Positions 12,701 through 25,961 of a stretch of 64,000 nt of DNA are shown here, one piece after another. The notes below the pieces were generated by a model. The model was given only the letters and a program-made list of their open reading frames with translations. It had not been told where the DNA came from and did not search any database. The position numbers were made by a program, and so were the translations under genes. This DNA is from Trichoplax adhaerens (taxonomy: Eukaryota; Animalia; Placozoa): contig NW_002060946.1 of assembly GCF_000150275.1 (NCBI RefSeq), positions 4,049,454-4,113,453 on the forward strand, given 5' to 3'. Every line of letters starts with the position of its first letter. Positions within the stretch are counted from its first letter, which is position 1.

Positions 12701-15700
12701 TCATTGTGAAACATCTGGGGATAGACATCCCGTGCTGTTGGCAGGTGGAGATAGCCATACATCGAATGGTTTTTGACTCTTCAAATCATCTCTTACCTTG
12801 ATTATCATGAATAAAATGAATTATTCATTATTTGAAAATCATTTTGGTACTTTAAATGTCTTTTATTGGAATAGCTCAAAGTTTAGGTTATTAATATCGA
12901 AATTTTCCTTACCTTTTCAGCCTCCTTAAAGACACGCAAAAGATTTCCACCTACAACTTTTCTCAATTCAGCTTCACTTAGACCACGACGAGCTAATGTA
13001 GCAATTAGATCCGGGAATTTCGATACATCTTCAAGTCCTTTCGGTACGCTATGAAATTAAAAAAAAAGGTATTCAAATAACTGTGAAATAGCACATCTAG
13101 TTTTAAGCTGGAACGGCCAATATCTACTTCTAGCTTAGCATTTGTGATAAAATTTAATTTTAAATATTCCTAAAGGCAGTTTTAGTACTATATTAATCTT
13201 AAACATACCAACAAACGCCATCGTAGTCACTTCCTAGACCAACAGAATTGATACCAGCTATCCTCTTGATGTACATGATATGATCTGTTCAGAAAATAAT
13301 AATCTCTTTACTACCGACTATCCGTACAGTAAGATGTATATTAGCCTTCTTTTTAATCAGTATTGCAAGTGTTAATAACCTGCCACATGTTCCAAGGTTG
13401 CATTTTCATTACTACAACTGATGTACAAGCTATAAAAGTTGACCATGACGACGCCACGATTTCTTGCCTATGAGTAAGAAAAGTATATGATAAATTTTAA
13501 TCTATTTATACAGTACTACGGTACTATTTTGCTTGAGATTAAATGTCCAGTCCTCTGAAATTAATTTATACTATTTTTATTCAATTATCATTGGATATTA
13601 GACTTACAACAAGATCGAGTACATCATCTGGGACGTTTCGTTCATGATTGCAAAATTTCGACGCAGATGAATGACTATAAATGACTAAAAGAGAAAGAAA
13701 ACTGTTTTCTTACTATGCATTTTAAAGGAATAGCTCGTCGTTAGCGGTCTCTATGAATAGTTAAATAGAGCCACTATTCCTGCTATTTTAGAATCATACT
13801 ACGCTACTACCTTTAGCCATACACGTATACAATTATAAACTATCTGGCAATAGATGGAGTTTCATACCTGGTGCTCTTGTTACCGCCAAGGTATCTTTCA
13901 TGGTTTTTACTGATACATGAGACAAATCAATAAGCATACCAATTCGGTTCATTTCTTTGACGATAGTCTTAAGGGATCAATTTTTTCATGTCAAAATTTA
14001 AAATTAGAGTTTTAATACTGGGTAGTATTCAATAATTTATCAAGAAGTAGACGGTGAAGTGCAAAAAAGGATATACAGTAGTTCGCGTTCGGGATAATTC
14101 TGAAAATATTGCATAGTTACAGTATATACTAGACAAAATTTTTAATTTACCCTTCCAAAATCTGTTAAGCCGTTATGAGGATGGTCTTTTGGAGTTGCAG
14201 AATCAGCCCTAATCATCAAAATAATAACAAGATATTTTAATATTCCAAGTTCGTACTTTTTATTTTATCTAATAGCAAGTCATTCATTCATACATATACA
14301 TCAATTTTGATCTGTTTCCATCGAATATAATCGTGCATACTACATCTATTTTTACTAAATCAGATCTTTCTAACCCATTTCTATAATCCTATTACCAAAC
14401 GACTGATTTTAGATTATCCTATAAGATAAACTTGCCAATCATTTTTAATTACTATTGCTATTCTTGATTATATCCCTAAACTAACAGTTAGATATCTAAA
14501 CTATCCTATAAGCCTTACGCGATCAATTTAATATTTCTCTATCATAACTACAATATCCTCCAGTGTCGGGCTAAACTATAGCTTGATGCATTTATCAGTG
14601 GATATCTAGCGTTTACCTCCAATCAATCTCTCAAACTAACCATCATTTCACTTACCATGGAGTATTACAGCTATGGGTTAATGTCATATACCGCACACCA
14701 AGACTATACATCATTCGTAGTACTGCCAAGCTACTTTCGATGGCATGGCCACTTTCCAAGCCAATTAACGATGCAATTTTACCACTTTTAAAGATGCGCG
14801 TGATGTCATCAGCACTATATGCCATTTCAAAAGTCTGATTATACTTGTAAGTTATTCTCTTAATGAGATCGGTTTGTTGCAGAGAATAGCGAATTGAATC
14901 TTTAAATTGCGAAGCACAAGGGACATAATCGGCCCAGAACTAGATATTTCATCAGATAGATCACAACAATTACACTTTCAACATACGTCTCATTCTGTAC
15001 TCTTGAAAAAGAGAGAAAATAATAACGACAAGAAGGAGAGAATGCCTTCAAATTGTACATATTTACCTGAGCACCAACACGACCTTTCCTCAACCTGGCA
15101 ATATCAGTATGAAGGTGGGGCAGATTGGAATTAAGTGATGCATTGGCATATTCAATTTTGTTGTAATAATATGCTCTCATTTGCCATGGTAAATCATTAT
15201 GGCTAGAAAAGGATAATGCGATAACGGAGTCATGAATTGAATTAAGGAAGAAAGTATCCTTATAAGAGGGAATTGTGCTCATTAGGGAGAGGGTGACTAT
15301 CTTACCCATCGACGAGCGGTTCTTGCGATAGGACTCGCTCAGCTACCACTTTAGATTGCTCAACGCTCATTAATGGAGTGTTGTAAAGATTAGAAGCACA
15401 ACCGGATGCATTTGGTGTAATACTAATCCACTCATCATATGGCATTTGGTTTTTCAAAGAATCTTTGACCTAATGAAGGTTATGAAATAGTCATTGATCA
15501 CTATTTTATGAAGAAGCTAAAGAAGTTTGAGATGAATCTTGTAGTTTACCGCTTCCGCTTCTCTCATTGCTCTCAATAAGTTATTGCCAACAATCTTTTT
15601 CAATTCATCTTCTTTCAATCCCATACGAGCTAATAGGGTGATTAGATCTGGAAATTTGGAGACATCTTCCAATCCTTTAGGGACACTATAGGTAAGAAAG

Positions 15701-18700
15701 ACTAGTTGTTACAAACTTTATATATTAAGTATATCGGACTAATACATTAAGTTAAAATCAATCTTACCAGCAGACTCCATCGTAATCACTTCCAAGGCCG
15801 ACATAATCGACACCAGCTACCTTCCTAATATACATAATGTGATCTAAATTATATAAAGGAAGGAAAATGGTTTGATTGGGTTAGTGTACAAACAGCTTTC
15901 CTAGAAATGAACACCGTAGTTACTTGTGTTCATTAAGATGGATAAATTCGTGAATTTATATTGCAGTTGGGAGCTATAGCATTCATGACTATCTTGAAAT
16001 TGAAATATGATTTCTATACCTGCAACTTGTTCAATGCTAGCATAATCACGAGTCTTGTTGATGTAGAGGTTGTAAAAGTTAACCATAACTACACCACGGT
16101 TACTAGCCTATCATGTATAGACCAACCAGTCATCAATTTTGATGTTTTTTTTTCAATATCCATTTTTTCACAGTTTAAATTATTACTTATTTTATTTATT
16201 TATTTAATGATTCAGATAAACTGATGGCTTTTACTGTTGTAAATTTTAATTTATTTACAACTTACGGTTAATTTTAAGACATCATCCGGTACATTTCGTT
16301 CATGATCGCGCAAAGAATAAGCTGATGAGTGGCTATAGATAACTAAAATGTAAGCCATTATGAGTTAATCAGTTTGTTACCTTTAGCAAGAGCGCAAGTT
16401 ATCGTAATATTATATTAGGAGCGGCAGAAATGTTACCTGGGGCCTTTGTAATGGCTAAGACATCTTTCATCGTGGCAAAAGATACATGGGAAAGATCGAT
16501 GAACATGCCTAACCTGTTCATTTCCCATACAACTTTCTGCAATGATAGAGCGATAATAATACAGTTAGTTTCTAATGCTGGATGACATAGCAACCTTGCA
16601 GACTATCCTATCATTAACTTTTTCAACATAGAATAAATCAGACCTTGCCAAATTCAGTAATACCATTATGATCCTTAATATCTGGTGTAGTAGAATCAGC
16701 CCTTGATGATGAAAGTAGTGAGGAAAAAGACATTAATTAAAAGTGTACCGCCTTCATATTGTAAAATGTCTTATAAATATACTTTACAGCCATTATTATA
16801 CGATCTATCATGTCGCAGTTGATATTACATCACAGAAAGGACCAGCTATAATTCTATCTTAAGCTAGAGTATTTTAATAAAGTGGATTTTTAAATGCTTT
16901 CTAGGATAGAAAGCAAACTTACCATGGGGTATTGCAACTATGAGTTAAGGTCATATAGCGTACACCAATATCATACATCATTCGCAAGACAGCTAAGCTA
17001 CTTTCGATGGCGTGGCCACTTTCTAATCCAATCAAAGAGGCAATTTTGCCATTTTTGAAGATCCTTTCGATATCATTAGCAGTATAAGCCATCTCGAATG
17101 TATCGTTGTATTTATGGGTAAATCTCTTAATAACATCAGCTTGTTGCAAGGCAAACCGGATGGAATCTTTATACTGAGAAGCGCATGGGACGTAATCTGC
17201 CCAGAACTATGGGAAATGAAAAGTAAAAAAAAGCTATTCATTTTAATTATCGATGTCATGGCAAGTAGATGATAGCTAATCTAATTCTATAGAAATAAGT
17301 ACTGTAAATTGGCTATAAAAAGAATTATTAAAGGAGAAAGAAGAATAACTCTCACTGCTATCATTGATATCGTTGATACTTTTATAATAGTAAATGGATT
17401 AACGACATCAAGAATAAATTGCGATGTTGAGGTTAGAATCACTAGCGTATCATGATAGTTTATAGATTGATCTTATTAGAAATTGGGCGATTAAGGGAAG
17501 TGAGTGAGATCATCCCATGCTTTGACAGACTACGGTGTTGCCATGGAAGATAGTTTATCGGAAATATCAACTAATTATAGATTTGCTACAAGTAGATGTA
17601 ATACGCGTATAATATGCTGTAGTACGATGGATTGTCGATAAACGACGGCATAGGGGTTCTTTACTAAATAAAGTAAGAAAGTAATCTAATGATGAGGTTA
17701 TAAGCTTGCTATAAAGACAGATAAAGATAACTATAACTATGATAGGATATTAAGCTGGCTGAAATGCTATCAAGTTCAATACCAGATTACTACTAACAGA
17801 TGCAAATGCGGTGAATACTACTATCGATCATCATCGATAAATAGTAAATAACTTCTATCTAGGTTGACTATCTGATTATTGACCTTTTAAAATAGATTAG
17901 AACCCTAACTACTACGCTACATTATGGCTAGAAGAGAATGGCCATAAGCTAATCTCTTTAACTCATGACAGAATTACAAACTTACTTGAGCACCAACATG
18001 GCCTTTGCGTAGTCTTTCGATGTTAGTATGTAAAATTTTTTGAGGTAAATTCAAGGAAGCGTTGGCATATTCGAGTTTATTATAATAATGAGCTCTTAGT
18101 TGCCACGGTAAATCGTTATGGCTAGAAGAAAGAATCGAGATTGAAATAGACATTTATATTAGTACCCATGAAGATATGATTGCACACTACCGTATCAGAG
18201 AATATCAATTTGGATTGGCCATTTGAAAAAAGATTACGATATGATTTAAAACTAAAACCTCGTCAAAAGGCTCAATATTTCCATTTTAAATAACAGTAAT
18301 TAAAAGTTCTAATTTGGAATTGCTTTTGAATCCATTTTACTACCTATACTGAATACCTACAGAAGGTTATTACACACTCTAAGAGGCAAAATTTATTGTC
18401 TATCGTGATAGAAAATATCAATTTTATATGGATAGCTCTACGAAAATCATGATTTGACAACGTGACTCTGATACTAATGCTCGTCTGATGATCAGTTTTA
18501 CAGTTACAGTTTTATTATTTAAGATGTCCTTTTTATCAAGGTCTATATTAAATGCTGCTAACTGTACTTTATTTAGGAAGATGATTCGTAGCTCCAATTC
18601 AGATATTAATCGATATTATCAACTTTTATATTTATAGTCGTTAATGGATATGTTCCTAATGTTTGTCCAATGAACCGATCTATGTAATCTAATGTTATTT

Positions 18701-20325
18701 GATGAACATCGACTGCAAGCTGTCCCTTTTCGTTTTTGAGGATAATTATTCGTCACAGTTGAAAAATAACGTTTGTAAATGTTATTAATTTTGCCAATAC
18801 TGATATCTTGCAGAAATAACAATGCGATATTTACGCTATGAAAGTGATATTTCTCCTATTCTGGTAGCTTGCAAAATAAATGAATATTTTATGTGATGGC
18901 TCCATGACGTAAATTTAGATTTAGAAATTGCATTAGTCGATGATATCAACTATTACGCATATTGTAGATACTATACTGTAATAGGATAGTGATGATAGAG
19001 AAGTGATATTTTTCACATTTACACTCATCGTGAAATGCTAATTTCTTACAATTGCAATATTTTACACGGTTCAGGATGATTCCCGAAGACCTACTGTACA
19101 GTCGATTCTAGTAGATTACAGAAATCGCAAAGCCATATTGACGAATTGAAAGTGGTTTTTTTCCAATTTTGGTTAATTGCAAAGTGGGGCCAATTTTGTA
19201 ATTGAATACCCCATGCGATGGCTTTATTCACCGTAAGTAAATCTAGGTTTAATTGAGTCGATGATATAGACTTTTATGGATATTGACAGAATTAATAATG
19301 GGATAATATGAAAACGATATTTCTTCTATTCGCGCTCATTGCAAAGTATTCAATTGTAAATACTTTACGCGATGCTGAATGATTTGATTGAAATCTACAG
19401 TCAACTCTACGACTATCCATATTTGATTTAAGCTTGTAGATAGTATCCATTTCTACTCGTATGTTAATAGTTTGCTGTAAATATGATCATGGTATTCCCT
19501 ATTCGTCCAATGCTCAATTTTGCCATTTGGGGGGGGGGGGGATTAGCGGTAATTTCATGCTATCCAAAATCTACCATAGATTCTGCTAGGATAGTAAAAC
19601 TACCGGATAATCGATTTGAAATGAGATAGGCCTATTCAAAGAGGAATTGTCATTACTAACGTAAGTCCAACTCAAGGAAGGATGAGAAAGAAATGTTGAC
19701 CGTCGCTTATGTATATAGGAAACGATCAAATCACGGAAAATAAATCAATCTCGTTGATCGAATTAGCAAAGTGTAAAAAAATCTATAAGCATGACTCAAG
19801 CCCGTGTGATGTTGCAATGGAAGTCGTGTGGAGTTGCACCAATGGTTTTTCGTTCTGGCATTAAAACGAAATAACATGTAGACCCGAGCAAGTTGGAAGT
19901 CATGCCATACCATGGACTACTGGTATTTTTGAGCTAGTCCATGACTATGCTTTGCGAAGAAAATATGAGAGGATAGTCTAGTTTGCTAGCGTAGATCGAG
20001 CTAAAGGCAATCATACTATAATCATGCCCACTTGTATATGAAAAGATGATTTTTGTGACTGTTTCACGCTGAGGTAGTTGACAAAAAGAAAAAAAACAGC
20101 CACAACTTACCCATCGATTAATGGAACCTCTTTTAAAACTTTGAGCGCTAATTTCCTAGCTTCTTCTTCACCAACTACATATTTACTGTCATGGCCTTGT
20201 TGGCTTACAACGATGGGTACAACAATCAATATAACTAGAAGAATAGCACCACAAATCAGTGCAGGAACGAGCCATTTACGACGGGTTGGAACTTCTTGTA
20301 TTTCGAATTCTCCTTTTTCGCCCAT
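12701..20325 (-). CDS. Membrane dipeptidase (peptidase M19, DPEP-like), type II anchored, two tandem catalytic domains, 19 exons, ~790-800 aa
   Basis: Exon 1 MGEKGEF...TM ([23 protein letters not shown])...PLIDG. Domain 1 (18122-15550): [75 protein letters not shown]. Linker exon 15469-15306 has no stop. Domain 2 (15203-12701) repeats all motifs; stop TGA 12703-12701. Confidence 0.92.
18815..19400. repeat. Degenerate intronic repeat (2-3 copies)
   Basis: gtcgatgatat...(a)gtgatattt..ctattc...tgcaaa motifs at about 18843, 18937/19003 and 19257/19315. Confidence 0.5.
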
Positions 20326-23300
20326 ACTGAACTTGTCTTTGCTAGCTTGGAGATGATTTGTGGGGGATATTTTAAAAAATTACTTAGCAAAGTCTATCGT
20401 TAGCTCATTAATCACTCTGTATCGCTGTTATTTTTTTTTATCATTTTCAAATCATCTTACCGAATCGATTAATAACGGAGATTATTTAAAGATTAATCCA
20501 CAGCCAAGTTGAAGGTTTTAGCCTGTGTTCCTCCCTTTCTTGCTGATAGACTTGTGTGTATTGATCGTAATTTTTTATATATAGGTCAAAAAGGAGGAAT
20601 TAATGTACTGGTTAAAATTTTTATCTCCAATGGATCAATTTCAACGTTTTAATGTGTAATCAACGAATGACTGGATCAAATAAGGAGAGAAAAAAATTGA
20701 AATACTATCCAAGTTGACTGTCAAAAATTGAAAATCATATAGTATACCTGTTGCGGCAATGGAGGAAGAAGACAACAGAATAAAGTCAAGCGTTGCAAGT
20801 AACGACAATGATGAATCGTTGTTGTTGGACAAAGTGCAAATAGTCCATCAATAATAATAATAATAATTCAATTACGGCTAACAATTTACTCCAACAGTGA
20901 GTACATGTTTATTTACAAATTGCTGATTTGTAGCATTATTTATTGTCATTTGATGGTGATGGAACTATTCCTTTGGCAAATGTGGAAACATTCAACGGAC
21001 TTGGGGCGGATACAAACTTTCCGCCTTGCAGCTCTTTTAATTGAGTCTTTTAGGAAAAATTCAACAACAATAATAAAAAAGTTGAGGGCACAAAAGCAAA
21101 GAGGAATGAAATGATTGCACTGTTATGATCGTCTTATTTTGATGACAGATATTCATAACGATGCATGTACAGCATACATAAACTAGAACACTTTTGAAAG
21201 TACTGTCGAAATGATTGAATAGGGAGAGGAATATGCTATGGTTGACAGACATTAGTAACGATGTGTACTAGCATATTTTGAACGATCAACATGATTGAGC
21301 TAGACCATGGACTTGTAGATATCTAGAGAGGGTATCTAGAAGTCTATGCTAGAGGAATGAAATGATTGCTTTCATTATGAATGATTATCCCTCATTTTCC
21401 AACTATCTGAGGCTTTTAACTGTCATGGCGACCAGAATAGACGGAGTAGTTCTCTAGAGTAAAGAAATGATTGCGCTATCGTGCTTGTCTTGCTGACTGT
21501 TTTGGATTATCATGAGAATGTTTATCACCTCCTACTTACTTCATCAATTAAGCTAATTAAAACGAATACTTGTAAAGCGAGAGAATTTTTTTAGAGTAGT
21601 CTCTATTGATTTGTATTGAACATTTTGATACTACTGATTGCGAGAATATTTTGAAATCTTGAATGATATCCTAGCCGATCTAATTTGGCCAATTAAATAG
21701 CTACCGCATACATCAGCAAGTAATTGGACGATCATCGTCTATCCGCTACGAGTAATCCCTAAGTTTACCCCATGGGTTAAAGTCATACAACACTCGATAC
21801 AACAAGTGGATGATCAACAAAACTCCATCATTTGAAAACATACAGTAGTATCCAAGTATATGGCCATGATAATTCTCTCTATCATCATGGAAAGACAGTT
21901 AAAATCATGCCTGATCCTTGGATAATTCATGGACAGAAATGGTGCAATTAATATTTCCATTTTTGTAGGAAAGAAATGGATCAATCCTACTTAAAAATAA
22001 ATGGAATAACGCCATCTTGTCCTAAAGGAAGACTGGTGGTCCAGTAGTAGTCTCGCACCTAGGCTTTCCATCAATCATGCCGGGGTAATTTTAATTTTTT
22101 TTAAGTCACAATTATACAAAAATCATTATTGACACATCGACAATAGACCATGGCAATTTTTTTCACATTGGAAGGTAAAAATAATAAATAATCAGAAGAC
22201 TTGCATAGATTGCGTCAGCCCGTCGCCAATAAATTAATCATTACAATATGTGTATCATGACATAAATATACTAAAGTCTGAACCGTAATGTTCATGGCTA
22301 ATAAATACAATTATAATCGATATAAGTTATAACCACAGATTACAAATTATTATCCATATATTATATTATCAAAATACTTTGCCTAACAATTTAGTAAACT
22401 TAAATCTCTGTATAGCACGACACTGCTATGATAGAAAACGATCCGTAAAATAAAGAAGAGTCCGAAGACTTCTTTGGCATTACTTTACACGATCACACTC
22501 GATGAGTGGTCTACACCACTATGTTGCTCTACTGCGCTTCTTTTACTTTGCCTGTTCTCTTGATCTCTGCTAGGGTATGTACAGAAAACTTCAATAAAGT
22601 CAAATAATTAAAGCCCGAATTGCATTTTATGCAACGTGCCAAGGGCCAACCTCAAGATCCTCCTTAAAAATGACGATCAATTTTGAAGCCATGACGATTT
22701 CAGCAGGAAGATGACCATCGCTGAGCAAAGGTGTTCTAGTCCAGCCTACGGTGTGCTATGCCGCGCCACTTTATCAATATTTAGTTATTGCTATTCTTCG
22801 CTGCTGGCATTCCTTGATTAATTAAGAGGCGAATGATGATTATTGATTTTACATTGTATGTCCATCATCAAGATGCTTATTGATAGAAGCACATTACTGT
22901 TACTCTATCTTGATGGATAAAAGCGATTGCTGTTCACAAGTCGTTGCAAAAATAAAATGACCATTTTCAAATCCTCTACATGATCAGATTGGCTCATATT
23001 ATAGCTTGCTTAATTTATTATTTTAAAGGGCGGAGTTGGAGCCATTAATAAAAGTCCTGCTATTCAGAGTAACATGTTGAAGGAAATGGATGCAAACTTT
23101 ATTAAATTGACAACGCCTAATTTAAACTTTATTGATGAATTCTTCCTCATTTAACCCTTGTAGTTTTGCTCATATTGAGTCGAGGCAAAAGAGGGTAAAC
23201 GATCATCGGCTTATTAAATAATTAATTGATGAAACGGTGCAATCAATCCGTTAAATCGATATGAGGACAGCTTACAATACTACAATATATAACGTATACT

Positions 23301-25961
23301 TTAGATGTTTGAGATCAACAATTTGCATTTTCTTTGTTAACCCTTGAACGGATTTGGTCTGTTTTTACGCCATGCAAATACTTTTACATCTCAGCCCACC
23401 TCTCTGTTGGAGGCTGCTTAGGCAATCAAAATGAAAAGGAATTCAAGTTATCTATCCTAACATCAATATTGATTAACTAACTGATGCTTACTCATGCTAA
23501 AAACTCAAGTTACCGCCTCCTAGATGAGAGAATGAGGAGTTTTCATCCACCTTTTGATATTGCTAAATCTCGTAGTAAAGTAGATGAGCTATCTACTATC
23601 CTCAAAGGAGGATGGTGCAAATCGATTGAGCTATTTTAAATGAACTAGTTTATGGCTCAATTGCCATAAGCGATTTGCTTTTCTACTACAATAACGTTAA
23701 GCATCAGCCACTATTCCATTTCTCTTCGATATCTCCTCTTAAACTGCCGTCAATCTGAAAACATTTTGCTTTCTTGCCATGACTTTGCAAAATTCTTCCA
23801 TTTGCAATATGGCTAAGGATTATGGGCAGATAAATCAATATCCCTCAGGTAATGAGTCGAAAGTACAAAAACTTGTTTACAATTAATAATTCAATCGTGA
23901 GAACGAAAGGATTTATTGGATACTGAAATAATTAGCGCCAATCATGAAAACAACACCAATAGCAAGACTACAGGATCAGGACTGTTGCAATCAATTCAAA
24001 TAACTACATTTTCTTTTCCTATCATGGACTGCATTGAAAGTAAAGTGCTATTATATTATAGCATTGGTTAAAAGCCAATGCACCGCTGATCGCATCTTCT
24101 TCTATTATTTGAATTCTTTTCCTATCATGACTGCATTAAAAGCAATGTGTTATTATAATATACCATAGCACATGCACCTCTTCTTCTTTTATTTGAATTG
24201 ATAATAAATATTTTTTTATTATCGCATGGGAGATGGAGTTGTTATTATTATCCTTACGGTGATGCCTATCATTCTATCTTGAGGGCTGGGTAATTATCGA
24301 CTTAAACTCCTTTTCAACTGTCATTCCTCTTTCAAGGAGTCGCAACGTTGATTTTGAAAAACTCTCCGTTGTCTTGTCGTAGTTGAACAACCATCCTTTT
24401 GGATATTCAAGTAAGTTGACTATATCAAGTTAATATTTTGAAACGCTATTTCTTGAGATAGAATTCTACTAGAATAAGAATAGAGTTTGTAGTAAGTCTT
24501 TCTTCAGTATCTCTGCTTAGCTTGTTCACTCTATCGTTCAGTATATCCACTTCAAGTGAAAAATGGAGTAAAACTCCTTCTTGTAGTAGACGATGATAGG
24601 GAAGGATTCTTTCCTTCGTTATTCTATACCATTCCTGCTTTGTCACTTAGATTCCTCTCTTTGTCGTAGACTAGCTTCAAACAGGAATCGCTATTTCTAG
24701 CGTCTATTGGACATATGCAATAGTCAAAGGAATAATAGTGATCGTAGGCTATATTTTTAGTTGGCCTTTACGATCGGCCATTTAGTTTAGCTGATTGTAA
24801 TCGTTTTAGTTGAATTCGTGTTTGCAATCTAAGTTCTTTATCCGTGGCCAAGTAGATTTCAGTTAATGGAAAGTGTAAAGTAGTTTACTACTGGACATAT
24901 CAGAGTCCACAGGATAACTATAATCTTACACTATACGTGTACTTTTCGTCTTTAGGATATGCCGTTTAGTTCAGCTGATTGCAATGGTTTTGCTTAGATT
25001 TGTTTTTCAATCTAAATTTCTTGACCCGAATCGATTTCAGTCAGTAGAAAGGGTAAAGTAGTTTACTACTACGTCAAGAAGTCAAATAGGAGACAGGATA
25101 AAAATAAAAATCTTACGCCGCCTTTTTCTTTGGCGTCAATGACCAAGATTACCGTGTAGCTTAGAGGATTCATTTTAGTGGATTATAGTCGGTGAAAAGC
25201 GGAAAATAGTGTAATTTGCCTTAAATGAAGCAGATTGCAATCTATTGAGTCCGAGGTAAAATTAGTCATATAGAAATAAGGGTAGCTTTTCCTTGACTTT
25301 TAGACATGTGCTGTTGCAAAAAGTTTTAGCTAGTTAAAATAATTAACTCTTAACTTCAATCGAGCTAGTTACGGTGATTTTTAGCACAAGGGAAATGAAT
25401 CTTGTAGTCCATTTTTCATAGATTATAAAGACAATCAGTTTGTTTTCATGACATGATTTGAATGACTTGCTTGGAATGGTTTTAGTCAAAGCAAAACTAA
25501 TTTTGTAGTATATTCTTAGTGTACAGAAAAAAACGATCAGTTGATATTTAGGTGATTGTTAGTTGATTTTTGTCAAATGTAAACTTATCTCGTAGTGCAT
25601 TTTTAATGAGCAAATACGGCAGATTGTTGTTTATCTTTATTGCGGTAAAGTGATTCTAATTCAGCTGTTTGCTATCGCTCCACCAATACATCCCTTAATT
25701 TCCTTAAAATCCATAGTAGATGAAATGGCTATCGATAATCATCTATTCCGTAAAATACTGTAGCAAAAGAGCAAAAGCGTAGTAAAAAAGGGATCCCATG
25801 TTGTGCACTCTTGGACGTCTTGATCCATCATCATTCTAACTTCTAATTAACGTAATAAGTTAATGCGAGGAGATTAATTGATCAGCATAACATGTCGATA
25901 ATGAATAATGCAATTTATTTTTTCTATAGGAAGTAGTGGAAATTGCTATTCGTAACCAACC

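Noticed and set aside
12701-15309. Domain 2 of the dipeptidase as a separate gene (ORF 14902-15309)
   Set aside because: It has no signal/anchor exon of its own, the ORF's ATG spans a splice donor, and the upstream exon is continuous with domain 1.
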